This document shows positions 26,552-36,613 of a stretch of DNA of 64,000 nucleotides, in pieces. The stretch's first letter is position 1, and each line of letters starts with the position of its first letter. Both the position numbers and the translations under genes were made by a program. Under the pieces are notes generated by a model. That model saw nothing but the letters and a program-made list of their open reading frames with translations. It was not told where the DNA came from and searched no databases. This stretch comes from an uncultured Bdellovibrionales bacterium (GTDB lineage Bacteria > Bdellovibrionota > Bdellovibrionia > Bdellovibrionales > UBA1609): the NCBI GenBank assembly GCA_903833275.1, contig CAILEP010000006.1:111027-175026 (forward strand). Direction: 5' to 3'.

Positions 26552-26575
26552 TGCCCCCGTTATTGATGTAGAGCC
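26552..26575. repeat. IS terminal inverted repeat (transposase-proximal end)
   Basis: Reverse complement reads ggctctacatcaataacgggggca. Confidence 0.8.
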
Positions 26576-26583
26576 TTACCAAA
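26576..26583. repeat. target-site duplication, copy 2 (TTACCAAA)
   Basis: Identical to 25270-25277. Confidence 0.85.
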
Positions 26584-27818
26584 ATTTTAACCCCACAACA
26601 AACGGTCTAGATTTTGTCACGGTTCAAGCGTCAGAGACTATCAAGCCCTGCTTTATCAACATGGGCCTTTTTCTAAATTATTCGGCCGACAGTCTCACTT
26701 ACACTAATAGCGTTGGCTCAACACAGAGTGGGCAAAAGCAACATGACCGAATTTTGTCTGACGATTTGAGTATAGGTGTGGGTCTTACAGATCGTTGGGA
26801 TTTTGGCGTAAGTGCGCCAGGAGTGCTTAGCCAATCCGTTCAAGATTCGTCGAACGCTTCGGTTTTTTCGCAGAAGGGTTTGACGGAAGTTAAAGCCAAC
26901 ACAAAATATAAATTCTGGGGGGATGACACCCGCGGGGTCGCGGGCATTCTGTCGATTAACAAAAATTTAATTGAAAATAACCCTTTCAGTGGCAGTGGCG
27001 CCGGCCCAACCTTTAATTTTGAAATTGCGGCTGATACGATTTTGGCAAAAAACTGGGCGACGGCAATTAATGTTGGTTACCGCAAACGCAATCCAGGAGA
27101 TCAAATACCAAACGTGCCGTTTGCTCCGCTAAAAGATCAGTGGATCTATTCAGCCGCTGCGAGCTATTTAGTAGAAAAGTTCGACACCAAAGTTATTTTT
27201 GAAATCTACGGCAGTCGTGTGGCTGAGCCTGTTAGTCAGAGCACAGATCGCAGCATGAATGCGCTTGAGGCGTTGCTTGGCGCCAAACACGATTTTACCC
27301 ACAATATGGCTGGCCACTTCGGCGCGACAACGCAGCTTGATTCTTCTCTCGGCGGGCCAGAGTGGCGGGTTTATGCCGGCATTAACTATGCTCTTGGCCC
27401 GGTCTGTAGAACAGCGAGCGTATCGGGCGGCGGAGACTCTCGGGTTTATCAGCTCGATGTTGAGGTTCTTTTTGCTAACGATAAAGACATTATGGATGTG
27501 GATGCAGTCGGCGAATTGAATGAATTTTTTGCGGATTTAATGAAAAAAGGTTTTAAAAAAATCGAAATTTCGGGGCACACCGATTCGGTTGGCTCGCGTG
27601 AGCACAATATCGATCTCAGCCAGCGACGTGCCGCCAACGTGAGAAAGTATCTTATTGAAAAGTTTAAGTTAGACCCCAAAAAGATAGAGTCGGCCGGTTT
27701 TGGCCCCGACATGCCAGTTGCCAACAATGGCAACTACCAGGGTCGCCATAAGAACCGACGAGTCGAATTTAAAGTCTGGCAATAGCGGCCCAGCAAGGGT
27801 TGTGCTATACAGTTCAGC

Positions 27819-28871
27819 GTGAATTTACTCTCAGAATTAAAGAAAAACCCATTTATATTAGCGCCGATGGCTGCGATCACCGATTGTGCCTTTCGCTCAT
27901 TTATGCGCGAAATGGGCGCTGGCATTATGACGACAGAGTTGGTGTCAGCCACAGGGCTAAAGTATTCGAGCGAGAAAACCCGCAGAATTATGAAATTTAC
28001 TCCTGACCAGCACCCAGTTGGGGTGCAGCTTTTTGGCGAAGAGCTTGAAGATCTTTATGCCGCGGCCAAAGAGGTTGAGCAGATGGGGGCCGACTTTGTC
28101 GATCTCAATTTTGGTTGCCCAGTGCCAAAAGTCGTTAAAAAAGGTGCGGGCTCGGCAGTACTAAAAGATTTAAATAATCTTCGCCAAATTTTGCGAACAG
28201 TAAAGTCGGCGGTTCAGATCCCGGTGACTATTAAAGTTCGAACGGGCTGGGATGCGAATACGCGTAACACTTCAGAGGTCGCTCAAATTGCCTACGACGA
28301 GGGCATTACTTGGGTTTCAATTCATGGTCGAACGCGAGCCCAGGCCTATTCTGGAGAAGCCGATTGGCTCTATATTTCTGAAGTAAAAAGTAAAGCGAAG
28401 TTACCGATTATCGGCAATGGTGACCTCACCAATCCGCAACGCGCGTGCGAACGATTAAAAGAGTCGGGCTGTGACGGCGCGATGATTGGGCGGGGTTGTC
28501 TCAAGAACCCTTGGATATTTTCAGAGGCCCTCGCGCTTTGGGCCCCTGGGGCAAATTCTAATTTAAGTGCGGTTGCGGCCGGAGAATTAAGCCGCGCCCA
28601 GGCTCACAAAAACTTTGTTTATTTGTTTGAGCGACTGCATAGCCATTTGGCAACTTTTTGGGATGAGCGAATGATCTCGCTGCAATTAAAGAAGCTATCG
28701 GTTTGGTATTCGGCGGGCTACCCGGGGTCAGCCCAGTTTAGAAAAACAATTTTTCAGGTCACCGAACATCAAGAAGTCTTGTCTAAAATTCGTGAATTTT
28801 TCGAACGCCTAAATGAAATCAATCAGGCCGACACTTCGAGCGAAGCTTTCTTAATGGGCGGGCACGGCTAG
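27819..28871 (+). CDS. tRNA-dihydrouridine synthase
   Basis: 350 aa with a Dus TIM-barrel (LAPMAAITD, DLNFGCP, VTIKVRTGW, SIHGRTR). GTG start. Confidence 0.85.
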   Translation: MNLLSELKKNPFILAPMAAITDCAFRSFMREMGAGIMTTELVSATGLKYSSEKTRRIMKFTPDQHPVGVQLFGEELEDLYAAAKEVEQMGADFVDLNFGCPVPKVVKKGAGSAVLKDLNNLRQILRTVKSAVQIPVTIKVRTGWDANTRNTSEVAQIAYDEGITWVSIHGRTRAQAYSGEADWLYISEVKSKAKLPIIGNGDLTNPQRACERLKESGCDGAMIGRGCLKNPWIFSEALALWAPGANSNLSAVAAGELSRAQAHKNFVYLFERLHSHLATFWDERMISLQLKKLSVWYSAGYPGSAQFRKTIFQVTEHQEVLSKIREFFERLNEINQADTSSEAFLMGGHG

Positions 28872-28981
28872 AAATGCCTGAGGCGCGAATTTTTTTCGCT
28901 GCACAATCTCGACCTAAGCCTCGTCACAGAGCGAACATTAGCGCTTGAAGCGCAAGCGAGCTCAGCTGATAATTTAAGACA

Positions 28982-29920
28982 ATGACGACAAACCAAGGCG
29001 CTGAAAAAGCCAAAGTGATTGAAGCCACTAACCTGGTAAAAAACTATGGTGATCGGCGTGCCGTCGATGGCATCAGCTTTACCGTCCATGCCGGGGAGTG
29101 CTTTGGTCTACTTGGCCCCAATGGCGCCGGCAAAACGACCACCTTCAAAATGATTTACGGCAGTGCTCAGATCACTTCTGGCGAGCTCTTTGTGCTCGGC
29201 CTAAATGCCAAAAGCCATATTCAAAAAATCAAAAGTTCGATTGGTGTTGTGCCACAAGAAAACGGTCTAGACCCAGATTTTACCGCCCTTGAAAATTTAC
29301 AAATTTACGCCAACTACTTTGGCATTGCTGAGAAAGCCGCACGAGATCGGGCAATGGAGCTGCTGTCGATGATGCAGCTCGAAGACTACGCCGAAAAATC
29401 AATCGACACCTTGAGCGGCGGGATGAAAAGGCGCCTCACCCTGGCTCGCGCATTGATAAGCAAACCGAAGTTGATATTTCTAGATGAGCCCACCACCGGG
29501 CTCGACCCGCAGGCGCGTATTTGGATATGGGACGAGCTTCGTAGTTTGCAAAAGCAAGGCACGACTTTATTTTTAACGACGCATTATATGGAAGAAGCCG
29601 AAGAGCTCTGTGATCGCCTGATTATTGTTAACAAAGGCCGAACTGTGGCCGAGGGGCGACCACAAGAATTGATTGAAAGCTATGTTGGCCGCGAAGTTGT
29701 CGAGTTTGAAATCGGCCCAAAAGAAGTTGAATACTTTGTTTCAAAGATCAAAGATCGCTTCGCCTATCAAGTTATGCGCAATCGATTGAAGCTGTTTGTT
29801 CGCGGCCAGCAAACAACGCGCGACGCGATTAACGAAGTTTCAAGCCAAAATGTAACAATGCGAAAAGCTTCACTGAATGACGTGTTTCTAAAAATATCTG
29901 GGTATGAACTCAATGACTAA
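28982..29920 (+). CDS. ABC-2-type exporter ATP-binding protein (NodI/DrrA-like)
   Basis: Walker A GPNGAGKT, signature LSGGMKRR, Walker B FLDEPTTGLD, H-loop TTHYM. Confidence 0.85.
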   Translation: MTTNQGAEKAKVIEATNLVKNYGDRRAVDGISFTVHAGECFGLLGPNGAGKTTTFKMIYGSAQITSGELFVLGLNAKSHIQKIKSSIGVVPQENGLDPDFTALENLQIYANYFGIAEKAARDRAMELLSMMQLEDYAEKSIDTLSGGMKRRLTLARALISKPKLIFLDEPTTGLDPQARIWIWDELRSLQKQGTTLFLTTHYMEEAEELCDRLIIVNKGRTVAEGRPQELIESYVGREVVEFEIGPKEVEYFVSKIKDRFAYQVMRNRLKLFVRGQQTTRDAINEVSSQNVTMRKASLNDVFLKISGYELND

Positions 29921-30722
29921 TTCATTCGTTAAAGGCTTTATTGCTGATCTTTTTTATTTTCCAAAAATCGGCCGCGGAGTGCACTGTATTTGGCAGCGTA
30001 ATTTTCTTTATTTTCGGCAAACGATATTTACTTCAATTACTTGGATTTTCGTTGAGCCTTTGCTCTATCTCTTTGCCCTCGGCTACGGGCTTGGGCGGTA
30101 TGTAAATCAAGTCGAGGGGCTCAGCTACGCAGAATTTATTGCGCCCTCGATGATGGCGACGTCAGGTATGTTTGTGGCCTTTTTTGAGGGCACGTATGGC
30201 ACGTACACGAAGTTGACGCGTCAAAATACCTATCAAACAGTTATATTAACTCCGGTAAGCCCTGACGAGGTGCTAATCGGCGAAATTCTTTGGGTCACAA
30301 CGAAGGCATTTATCAGCGTTCTTTCAGTCGCAATTGTCCTAACCCTGATGGGGCTTTTGCCGCTTGCGGGCATCATACCGGCCTTGGGTGTTTTATTTCT
30401 TATGTGCTGGGTTTTTGCTTCGATCGGCGTTTGGCTTGCGAGCCTCGCGAAGTCTTACGAGTGGTTTACGTACTCACAGTCAGGCTTTATTATGCCGATG
30501 TCGCTATTCTGCGGCACTTACTTTCCGCTCAGTCAGTTGCCGAAGTATCTTAAATATTTCTCGAATATTTTGCCACTCACGCATGTGATGATGAGTGTAA
30601 GAATGTTCTTGCATGGTGAAGTGACTTCTATGTTTTTGATAAACATAATTTACCTGATTGCGCTCGGCGCGATCTTTACCAATTTGGCGGCGGCCCGATT
30701 CGTGCGGCGCCTGGTTTTTTAA
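29904..30722 (+). CDS. ABC-2-type exporter permease (NodJ-like)
   Basis: 272 aa, 6 TM helices, 17-nt overlap with the ATPase gene. Confidence 0.75.
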   Translation: MNSMTNSFVKGFIADLFYFPKIGRGVHCIWQRNFLYFRQTIFTSITWIFVEPLLYLFALGYGLGRYVNQVEGLSYAEFIAPSMMATSGMFVAFFEGTYGTYTKLTRQNTYQTVILTPVSPDEVLIGEILWVTTKAFISVLSVAIVLTLMGLLPLAGIIPALGVLFLMCWVFASIGVWLASLAKSYEWFTYSQSGFIMPMSLFCGTYFPLSQLPKYLKYFSNILPLTHVMMSVRMFLHGEVTSMFLINIIYLIALGAIFTNLAAARFVRRLVF

Positions 30723-30735
30723 TATTCAAATTTGA

Positions 30736-31752
30736 TTACGGCTCAAAAGGTGAAGAGGGGCTCGGGCTGGGCGTGGGCTCGGGGGCTGTCTGAGCGTCGC
30801 CGTCTGTGGGTTGATCGAGCTGAGTGGCGTCGATTGTCGGCTCTACCCCTGGGTCGACAGCTTGGTCAATCTCTGAGCCAAGAGCGGGGTCGGCGGCTGA
30901 ATTCTCAGGTGGGCGGTCATTTGTTCCGCTTGGGGCAAGCGTACTTTCGTCAATCGCGTCGTGGATGTCGGTTTGAGTCGAGGCACTACCAAGGCGAGCA
31001 AGCAACTCAGCGGGCAAGCTGTACCAGGGGAAGAAATTAAGAGAGGCTTTTGCCGCCTGGTATTGATCTTCAGAAATTCGTTTTGTTTTCATTAGGCGGT
31101 AGCAAAGGTCAGTTATGCGACTCTTCGAAAAAGGTGTCAGTTCAGATTTTAAAAAAGTTCGATAGTAGATTTTAGGGTTCGGTATTAGGTGCGTCAGGTA
31201 GGCGGCCTCGAGCAAGTTGAGCGACTGGGCCGATTTTCTAAAATAGAAATGGGCGGCAGCCTCAGCGCCGTAAATATTTGGTGCGAATTCAATAACATTT
31301 AAATATTTTTCGAAAATTTTATCTTTAGTTAAAATGGTTTCAATTTGTACAGTAAGAAGTGCTTCACGCGCCTTTCGCAACAATGTTTTGTCCGAATTCA
31401 AAAAAACGTTCTTCGCCAGTTGCTGCGTGATGGTTGAGCCGCCACGAGCAGCGCGACCAGCGGCAAGATTTCGTTCAAAGCTATTTTTCAATTCAGCCCA
31501 ATCAAATCCGTTGTGACCGTAAAAGCTCGCGTCTTCTGAAATTAAAACCAAATTCTTAAGATAGGGGCTGATTTCAGCGAGTCGTCGATAATTGGGGTTT
31601 TCATTGCCTTCGCAAAGCCAGACTTGGTAGAGCGAGGTTTGTAGGCAGCCTTTTATATCGGCCGCGTTGGGGGTGGTGAGCATAATCCAAATAACAAAGC
31701 CGATAGTCGAGCCGAGAATGAGGGTGGCCGTCCAAGTAAGTCTGTAGAGCAT
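30736..31752 (-). CDS. mtgA: monofunctional peptidoglycan glycosyltransferase (GT51) with an acidic/Pro-rich C-terminal tail
   Basis: ISEDASFYGHNGFD and RGGSTITQQLAKN motifs, an N-terminal TM helix, and a low-complexity tail of about 90 aa. Confidence 0.8.
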   Translation of the reverse strand: MLYRLTWTATLILGSTIGFVIWIMLTTPNAADIKGCLQTSLYQVWLCEGNENPNYRRLAEISPYLKNLVLISEDASFYGHNGFDWAELKNSFERNLAAGRAARGGSTITQQLAKNVFLNSDKTLLRKAREALLTVQIETILTKDKIFEKYLNVIEFAPNIYGAEAAAHFYFRKSAQSLNLLEAAYLTHLIPNPKIYYRTFLKSELTPFSKSRITDLCYRLMKTKRISEDQYQAAKASLNFFPWYSLPAELLARLGSASTQTDIHDAIDESTLAPSGTNDRPPENSAADPALGSEIDQAVDPGVEPTIDATQLDQPTDGDAQTAPEPTPSPSPSSPFEP

Positions 31753-32741
31753 TATATGACACCGTGAGATTTCATCCAGGTCACGCTATCACGAATGGCA
31801 TCGTGTGAGGGGCGTGGATTGAAATTAAGATCTCGTCGTGCTTTTGAGCAATCAAACCAATGATAAAGAATAGAAGCTCTTGCGCTTTCAGAGCTAACGG
31901 GCCCTTTTTTGCCTCGGCGCTCGAGAGCCTCACTGATTTCGGCGAGCGCGCGAATTACAATATTTGGCAAAAGCCAGCGGGGTGGCGCTACGCCGGCACA
32001 GTCGGCGATTTGAGCAAAAAGGTCGTAGATACGAAGATTGTCACCTGAAAGGATATAGCGCTCACCGCTTCGACCTCGTTCGGCAGCTGAAATCAGCGCG
32101 TCGGTTACATCATCAACATGAACAACGCTGACTCCGCCAGAGGTGTAGTAAGGGAACTTTCCGGCAGCGACCTTAATCTGAGTGCTGCGACTGCCTTTTT
32201 GGGCATCGCCTGCGCCGTAAATATTCGAGGGGTTTAACACGACGGCGTCAATCTCACCATTGCGCGTGGCCGCGAGCACAAGATTTTCGGCCGCCTTTTT
32301 AGTTTCGAAATACCCGAGATTGAGCGGGTGCAGGTTGTATTCAGAGTTTTCGTCGAGAGGCTTTTGGCCATCAAGGCTTGCGCCAACTGCAGCCACCGAA
32401 CTCATGTGTATAAGCCGCCGGCACTTTGATTTCTTAAAGGCTTCGATCGTATGGCGGGTGCCCCCGACATTGACGAGCTCCATGATTTTTCGATCTTTGA
32501 TTGAATAGCCGACGACCCCGGCGAGGTGGTAAACGATTTCTATGTTTTCGGTGGCTCGCTGCAAACTTTTAGGGTCGGTGACGTCACCAATAAAGACCTC
32601 TACCTTTGTCGGGTCAAACTGCCCGTCTGGTGGGGGCTTGCGCAATAGAATACGAACTGCCGACGCAGGGTTGCGATTAATGAGTTTTTGAGTCAGCGCG
32701 TGGCCGACAAAACCTGAGGCACCAGTAACAAGAACTTTCAT
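31752..32741 (-). CDS. NAD-dependent epimerase/dehydratase family (extended SDR) protein
   Basis: GASGFVGHAL Rossmann motif and YFETK catalytic motif. Confidence 0.8.
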   Translation of the reverse strand: MKVLVTGASGFVGHALTQKLINRNPASAVRILLRKPPPDGQFDPTKVEVFIGDVTDPKSLQRATENIEIVYHLAGVVGYSIKDRKIMELVNVGGTRHTIEAFKKSKCRRLIHMSSVAAVGASLDGQKPLDENSEYNLHPLNLGYFETKKAAENLVLAATRNGEIDAVVLNPSNIYGAGDAQKGSRSTQIKVAAGKFPYYTSGGVSVVHVDDVTDALISAAERGRSGERYILSGDNLRIYDLFAQIADCAGVAPPRWLLPNIVIRALAEISEALERRGKKGPVSSESARASILYHWFDCSKARRDLNFNPRPSHDAIRDSVTWMKSHGVI

Positions 32742-32792
32742 TTATTGACTCCGACCTGCTCAACTTATCTACTTTTAATATTGGAGTCTATT

Positions 32793-33260
32793 ATGGGTCA
32801 TGAGAATTTGCTTAAGAAATTGTATCTATTTAAAGATTTGAGCGATGCCGAAATCGAAATCATCAACCAGGCGGCCACAAATAAATCGTATTTGGTGGGC
32901 GACGAGGTGTTTTCACAAGGCACACGCGCCAAGGCCCTCTTTGTCATTCAATCTGGGGGCGTAAGAATTTCTCAAACCTCAGAAAGTAATGAGCAGGTAG
33001 AGGTAACGAGACTGGGGCCGGGCTCTCATTTTGGCGAAATGTCATTTCTTGATGGCGAGTACCGTTCGGCCTCAGCTGTTATCATCGAGCCTTCCGAAAT
33101 TGTTGCTCTAGATTATGACAAGTTGAGCGAGATAATGATCAAGCACCCTGGCATTGCGGTGTATTTCTACCGACAATTCGCCCACTTTTTGTGTGGGCGC
33201 TTGCGGGTTACAACAAAAGACTTGAGTTTTTCACGTAGCAAAGTGCTTTCGCACTTTTAA
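32793..33260 (+). CDS. stand-alone cyclic-nucleotide-binding domain protein
   Basis: ATG 32793 after GGAG. FGEMSFLDGEYRSASA phosphate-binding cassette. About 155 aa. Confidence 0.75.
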   Translation: MGHENLLKKLYLFKDLSDAEIEIINQAATNKSYLVGDEVFSQGTRAKALFVIQSGGVRISQTSESNEQVEVTRLGPGSHFGEMSFLDGEYRSASAVIIEPSEIVALDYDKLSEIMIKHPGIAVYFYRQFAHFLCGRLRVTTKDLSFSRSKVLSHF

Positions 33261-33268
33261 CGGGGCAG

Positions 33269-34054
33269 TTACTCGCGAATAATTTTAACCGATTTAATGG
33301 TCACCGGTGTTACTGGCGCGTCCGACATTCGACTTGTTTTAACTGCACCGATCGCCTCAACAACGTCCATGCCCTCAACAACTTCACCAAAAACAGAATG
33401 ATGTTTGTCTAAGTGTGGGGTTGGGCCGAGTGTAATAAAAAACTGACTGCCATTTGTATTTGGGCCAGCGTTGGCCATCGAAAGAATTCCGGCTTTTGAG
33501 TGTTTCAAATTAGGGTGAAATTCGTCATCAATTTTAAAGCCCGGGCCACCAGTGCCGTCGCCAATGGGGCAGCCGCCTTGAATCATAAAGCCTTTAATGA
33601 CACGGTGAAATTTTAGCCCGTCGTAAAACGGCGCTTTCTTCTCGGCGTGTGTGTCTGGGTCTGTCCAGGTTTTTGTGCCCTCCGCAAGGCCGGCAAAATT
33701 TTCAACAGTATTTGGAACCTGCGTGTGAAATAGCAAAACCTTAAATTTACCCATGCTTGTGTCAAATTGTGCGAACATTTTTGTAAACCTCTTTTTTTTA
33801 GTTTCAACTTTTTTTACAGGAGCAACTTCTTTTTTTGGGGCCGTCGTGGCTGTAGTAGTGGTAGCCGCGGGCACGGGCGGTTTTGCGACCGGAGCTGCAG
33901 TTGCGGCTGCCGCCGCGGGTGGAGTTGTGGCCGGGGCCACTGGCTCGGCGTGGGCGCCAAACTTGAATACGGCAAATGCCAAAAAGTAGATGAAAACAAA
34001 AAGAAAATACCGTTTAAAACCTGGCACTAGAGACTCCTTTTGAGCGATTGCCAA
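33269..34054 (-). CDS. secreted cyclophilin-type peptidyl-prolyl isomerase
   Basis: Signal/TM N-terminus, an Ala/Pro/Thr-rich linker, then a cyclophilin core (FHRVIKGFMIQGG, SMANAGPNTNGSQFF). Confidence 0.85.
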   Translation of the reverse strand: MAIAQKESLVPGFKRYFLFVFIYFLAFAVFKFGAHAEPVAPATTPPAAAAATAAPVAKPPVPAATTTTATTAPKKEVAPVKKVETKKKRFTKMFAQFDTSMGKFKVLLFHTQVPNTVENFAGLAEGTKTWTDPDTHAEKKAPFYDGLKFHRVIKGFMIQGGCPIGDGTGGPGFKIDDEFHPNLKHSKAGILSMANAGPNTNGSQFFITLGPTPHLDKHHSVFGEVVEGMDVVEAIGAVKTSRMSDAPVTPVTIKSVKIIRE

Positions 34055-34057
34055 AGG

Positions 34058-36613
34058 CTATTTTCTCACCCGTCTCGGGTCAATGTTTTTTAGTATTTCG
34101 TCGCTCTCTCTGAGCAAATTCTTTAGGTGGGCAAAGAGTTCTTCTGGCTCTTGTTTAAATAATTGGGCGACACGAAGGGCGCCATTGGATCTGGGGTCAA
34201 AGGCAGACGAGGCATGCTCTTCAAAGAGTTGAAGAAATTGTTCGAGCCCTCTCAGTTCACGCATAATCGACGCAAGGCGAGAAACGCCTTTCGTCTCTGG
34301 CAAAGGGCGGCTGCTAATCTGCTGTAGCAGCTGAGAGCTATTTGCAGTCGACGGCAAGATCTGATGGTTTAAAAAATAGATTTGCGAGAAAAATTCGATA
34401 TCAATCAAGCCGCCCGGTGAATACTTAATGTCTATCGTCTCGCCCGTGTCTTTCAATAGCTGCTCTCGAATATGGGTGAGCGATTTGAGATCGCTTTCTG
34501 TCAGCGGGCGAGAGAGGCAGGCCTGTCGAGCGTAATCAGAGAATGCCGAGTCGGTCAGGTGTCGCGCCCTCAGGTAGGATTGTCGCTCCCAAGGTTCGGC
34601 GCGAACATTGAGATAATCAATGAGTGCAGCACGGGTGACAAGCATTGGGCCGGCCTTGCCAGAGGGCCGCAGTCGAAGGTCGATCGGGTAGATGGCGCCG
34701 CCACGATGTTTTTCGGTCAGTCGTGAAACAAAGCGCCGAGCCAGGCGCTGTTCAGCTTCAGAGGGTTCGTTGTCACTTAAAAAAATAAAATCTAAATCAG
34801 AGCGAAAGCCCAGCTCGCGACCGCCCCATTTGCCGAGCGCCAAAATTTGAAGAGGCGAACAGAGCGCCTCGCGAGCGAGTTTTTTCATTAAGCCCAGACA
34901 GATTTCGTCAGCGGTGGTGCTTAAGTTCTCACTTAAGAATCTCAAATCTCGATTTAACAAATATTGATTTGCGGCGATTGTTTCACTGATCAGGCGTCTT
35001 TCGGTTAGTAACTCAAGGTAAACGTCGAGTGAGTCCGATTCTATGTTCGTCGTGCGAAAGAGCAAGCTATCAAGAAGCTCGGGGCGGTTGGCGATAACTC
35101 CGCCAAGGTACGGCGAGCAACCGAAAAGTAGAGCCAGTTCTTTAATCAACCGCTCTTCATGGGCAAGAAGTGAAAAGAAGCTCGACTTAACGCGAATAGA
35201 TTTAAAAAAATCGGTAAGTAGAGCCAGCGCGAGATCTTTATCAATGGCATTTTCTTGGATGGATTCAATAAAAAGTCGAAGCACCCGGCCGCGAAGTTCG
35301 TCGTCTTGAAATGTGCGAGAAGACTCGGCCGCCACTTTGGTGAGTTCGGGCCAGAGAGTTTCGATAGCGCGCGAAGAAAAGCCGGCATTTTTCAGCCAAT
35401 CTTGAAGTGGCCCTTGCTCTTGTGGGATCTGTTGATGGGCGCTTGGCCGCCCAAGAACTTGCTCAACAATGTCTTCAACCCTTCGCGAATTTTCAAAAAA
35501 GAAGTCGAAGTCTTCGTTGGCTTGAGGGCGAGAAAGAGTATGGGTTTGCTGGTCATTTTGAGCCTGAATCGTGTTTTCAATCTGACGAAATTGCCAGTAG
35601 GTTTTGACCAGAAAGTCGAGGTCAGCTTCTTTAAAGCGCTGGGCCGCTTTTAGTCGCTGCGCGGCCACGGTCGTCGAATGAGTGCGAAGTTCGGGTTGCC
35701 GCCCACCATGAATAATTTGAAGAGCGTGAATAAACAGTTCGATATCGCGAATGCCTCCTGGCGCTAGTTTTACATTACGAGCATCGGGGTCGGGCTCGGC
35801 ATAATGTTGATGGATTTTAGAGCGTAAGTGCCGAAGGTCTTCAAGCAAACTGTAGTCGAGAAATTTTCTGAAAGAATAGCGCGCGGCCATTTCAGAAATT
35901 CGGTCAGCAAGAGCTTGATCGCCGTCAATAAAACGAAGTCTAACGAGCGCCAGACGCTCCCACGTCGCGCCAAAAGACCAATAGTAATCTTCAAATTGCT
36001 TTTCAGATGAGATCAGCGGTGACAATCGGCCGCCTGGTTTTAGGTCAGTGTCGACGCGATAGGCAAATCCCCACGCCGTGCTTTCACTGAGAAGGCGAAT
36101 AAATTCTCGAGTCTTTTTTAGTTGCTCAGCTGTGGGGCTGTCGTGCGAAACAAAAATGACATCGATGTCAGAGCTTAAATTAAGTTCTTCAGCACCCCAT
36201 TTGCCGAGTGCGAAAACAGCCATTGCTTCTCCTGAACAGTTGGCGTGGGCCCAAGCTGACTGAACGATAGCGTCAGTGGCGTGACTCCAGAACAAGCAGA
36301 TATCAAGAGCGGGGCGCGATTTTAAAATGGTGGCCAGGGCACATTTGACCCAGGCACGATGGCGTTTAAGCCGAATTTCGCTGCTTGCCGATAGGTCCGA
36401 TACTGCCGTAGGGGCATCTGCTTTTTCGGCTGCGAAAATAAGCGCCAGATAATTACAGAGAGCCGGTGAGAATTGCTTGGCTCGCTCGATTTCGGCCGAC
36501 GAATAACTTTCGACCTCAGGTAAGGCCGTCTTACTCAGCAACGGGGCCCCACTTGGGTTTAGAGTAATACAGTCGGTCGTAAGTGAGACGGCGCTCATTG
36601 GTGCCATCGACAT
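34058..36613 (-). CDS. glnE: glutamine synthetase adenylyltransferase/adenylyl-removing enzyme
   Basis: Two nucleotidyltransferase modules (GKWGAEELNLSSDIDVIF and GKWGGRELGFRSDLDFIF). Start is uncertain: the ATG at 36613 overlaps tolB by 83 nt, while an alternative TTG at 36541 overlaps by 11 nt. Confidence 0.8.
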   Translation of the reverse strand: MSMAPMSAVSLTTDCITLNPSGAPLLSKTALPEVESYSSAEIERAKQFSPALCNYLALIFAAEKADAPTAVSDLSASSEIRLKRHRAWVKCALATILKSRPALDICLFWSHATDAIVQSAWAHANCSGEAMAVFALGKWGAEELNLSSDIDVIFVSHDSPTAEQLKKTREFIRLLSESTAWGFAYRVDTDLKPGGRLSPLISSEKQFEDYYWSFGATWERLALVRLRFIDGDQALADRISEMAARYSFRKFLDYSLLEDLRHLRSKIHQHYAEPDPDARNVKLAPGGIRDIELFIHALQIIHGGRQPELRTHSTTVAAQRLKAAQRFKEADLDFLVKTYWQFRQIENTIQAQNDQQTHTLSRPQANEDFDFFFENSRRVEDIVEQVLGRPSAHQQIPQEQGPLQDWLKNAGFSSRAIETLWPELTKVAAESSRTFQDDELRGRVLRLFIESIQENAIDKDLALALLTDFFKSIRVKSSFFSLLAHEERLIKELALLFGCSPYLGGVIANRPELLDSLLFRTTNIESDSLDVYLELLTERRLISETIAANQYLLNRDLRFLSENLSTTADEICLGLMKKLAREALCSPLQILALGKWGGRELGFRSDLDFIFLSDNEPSEAEQRLARRFVSRLTEKHRGGAIYPIDLRLRPSGKAGPMLVTRAALIDYLNVRAEPWERQSYLRARHLTDSAFSDYARQACLSRPLTESDLKSLTHIREQLLKDTGETIDIKYSPGGLIDIEFFSQIYFLNHQILPSTANSSQLLQQISSRPLPETKGVSRLASIMRELRGLEQFLQLFEEHASSAFDPRSNGALRVAQLFKQEPEELFAHLKNLLRESDEILKNIDPRRVRK

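Larger units (their letters stand above)
25278..26575 (-). mobile_element. ISL3-family insertion sequence, 1298 bp, complete
   Basis: Single transposase ORF, 24-bp terminal inverted repeats starting GGCTCTAC (20/24 identical), and an 8-bp TSD. Confidence 0.85.
25160..27785 (+). pseudogene. OmpA-family outer-membrane protein gene interrupted after codon 39 by an ISL3-family IS
   Basis: The 5' fragment encodes signal peptide MNPYVRFARALLISTVMVGALEALSISAAYA/NICGTDYQ. Removing the IS and one TSD copy restores the frame into ORF 26661..27785. That ORF ends in an OmpA C-terminal domain (ISGHTDSVGSREHNIDLSQRRA). Confidence 0.8.

Noticed and set aside
25278-26575. Composite transposon or passenger cargo in the IS
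   Set aside because: The element is 1298 bp and is fully accounted for by one transposase ORF plus the IRs. I noticed no second copy in the window.
25139-27800. Genomic island integrated at the tRNA-Phe 3' end
   Set aside because: Only a 1.3-kb IS with its own TSD is present. I found no integrase and no direct repeat of the tRNA 3' end. The flanking sequence reconstitutes a single OmpA-family gene.
30732-31040. 102-aa plus-strand ORF at the mtgA 3' end
   Set aside because: It is antisense to the low-complexity tail of mtgA, with an Arg/Gly-rich nonsense-like translation.
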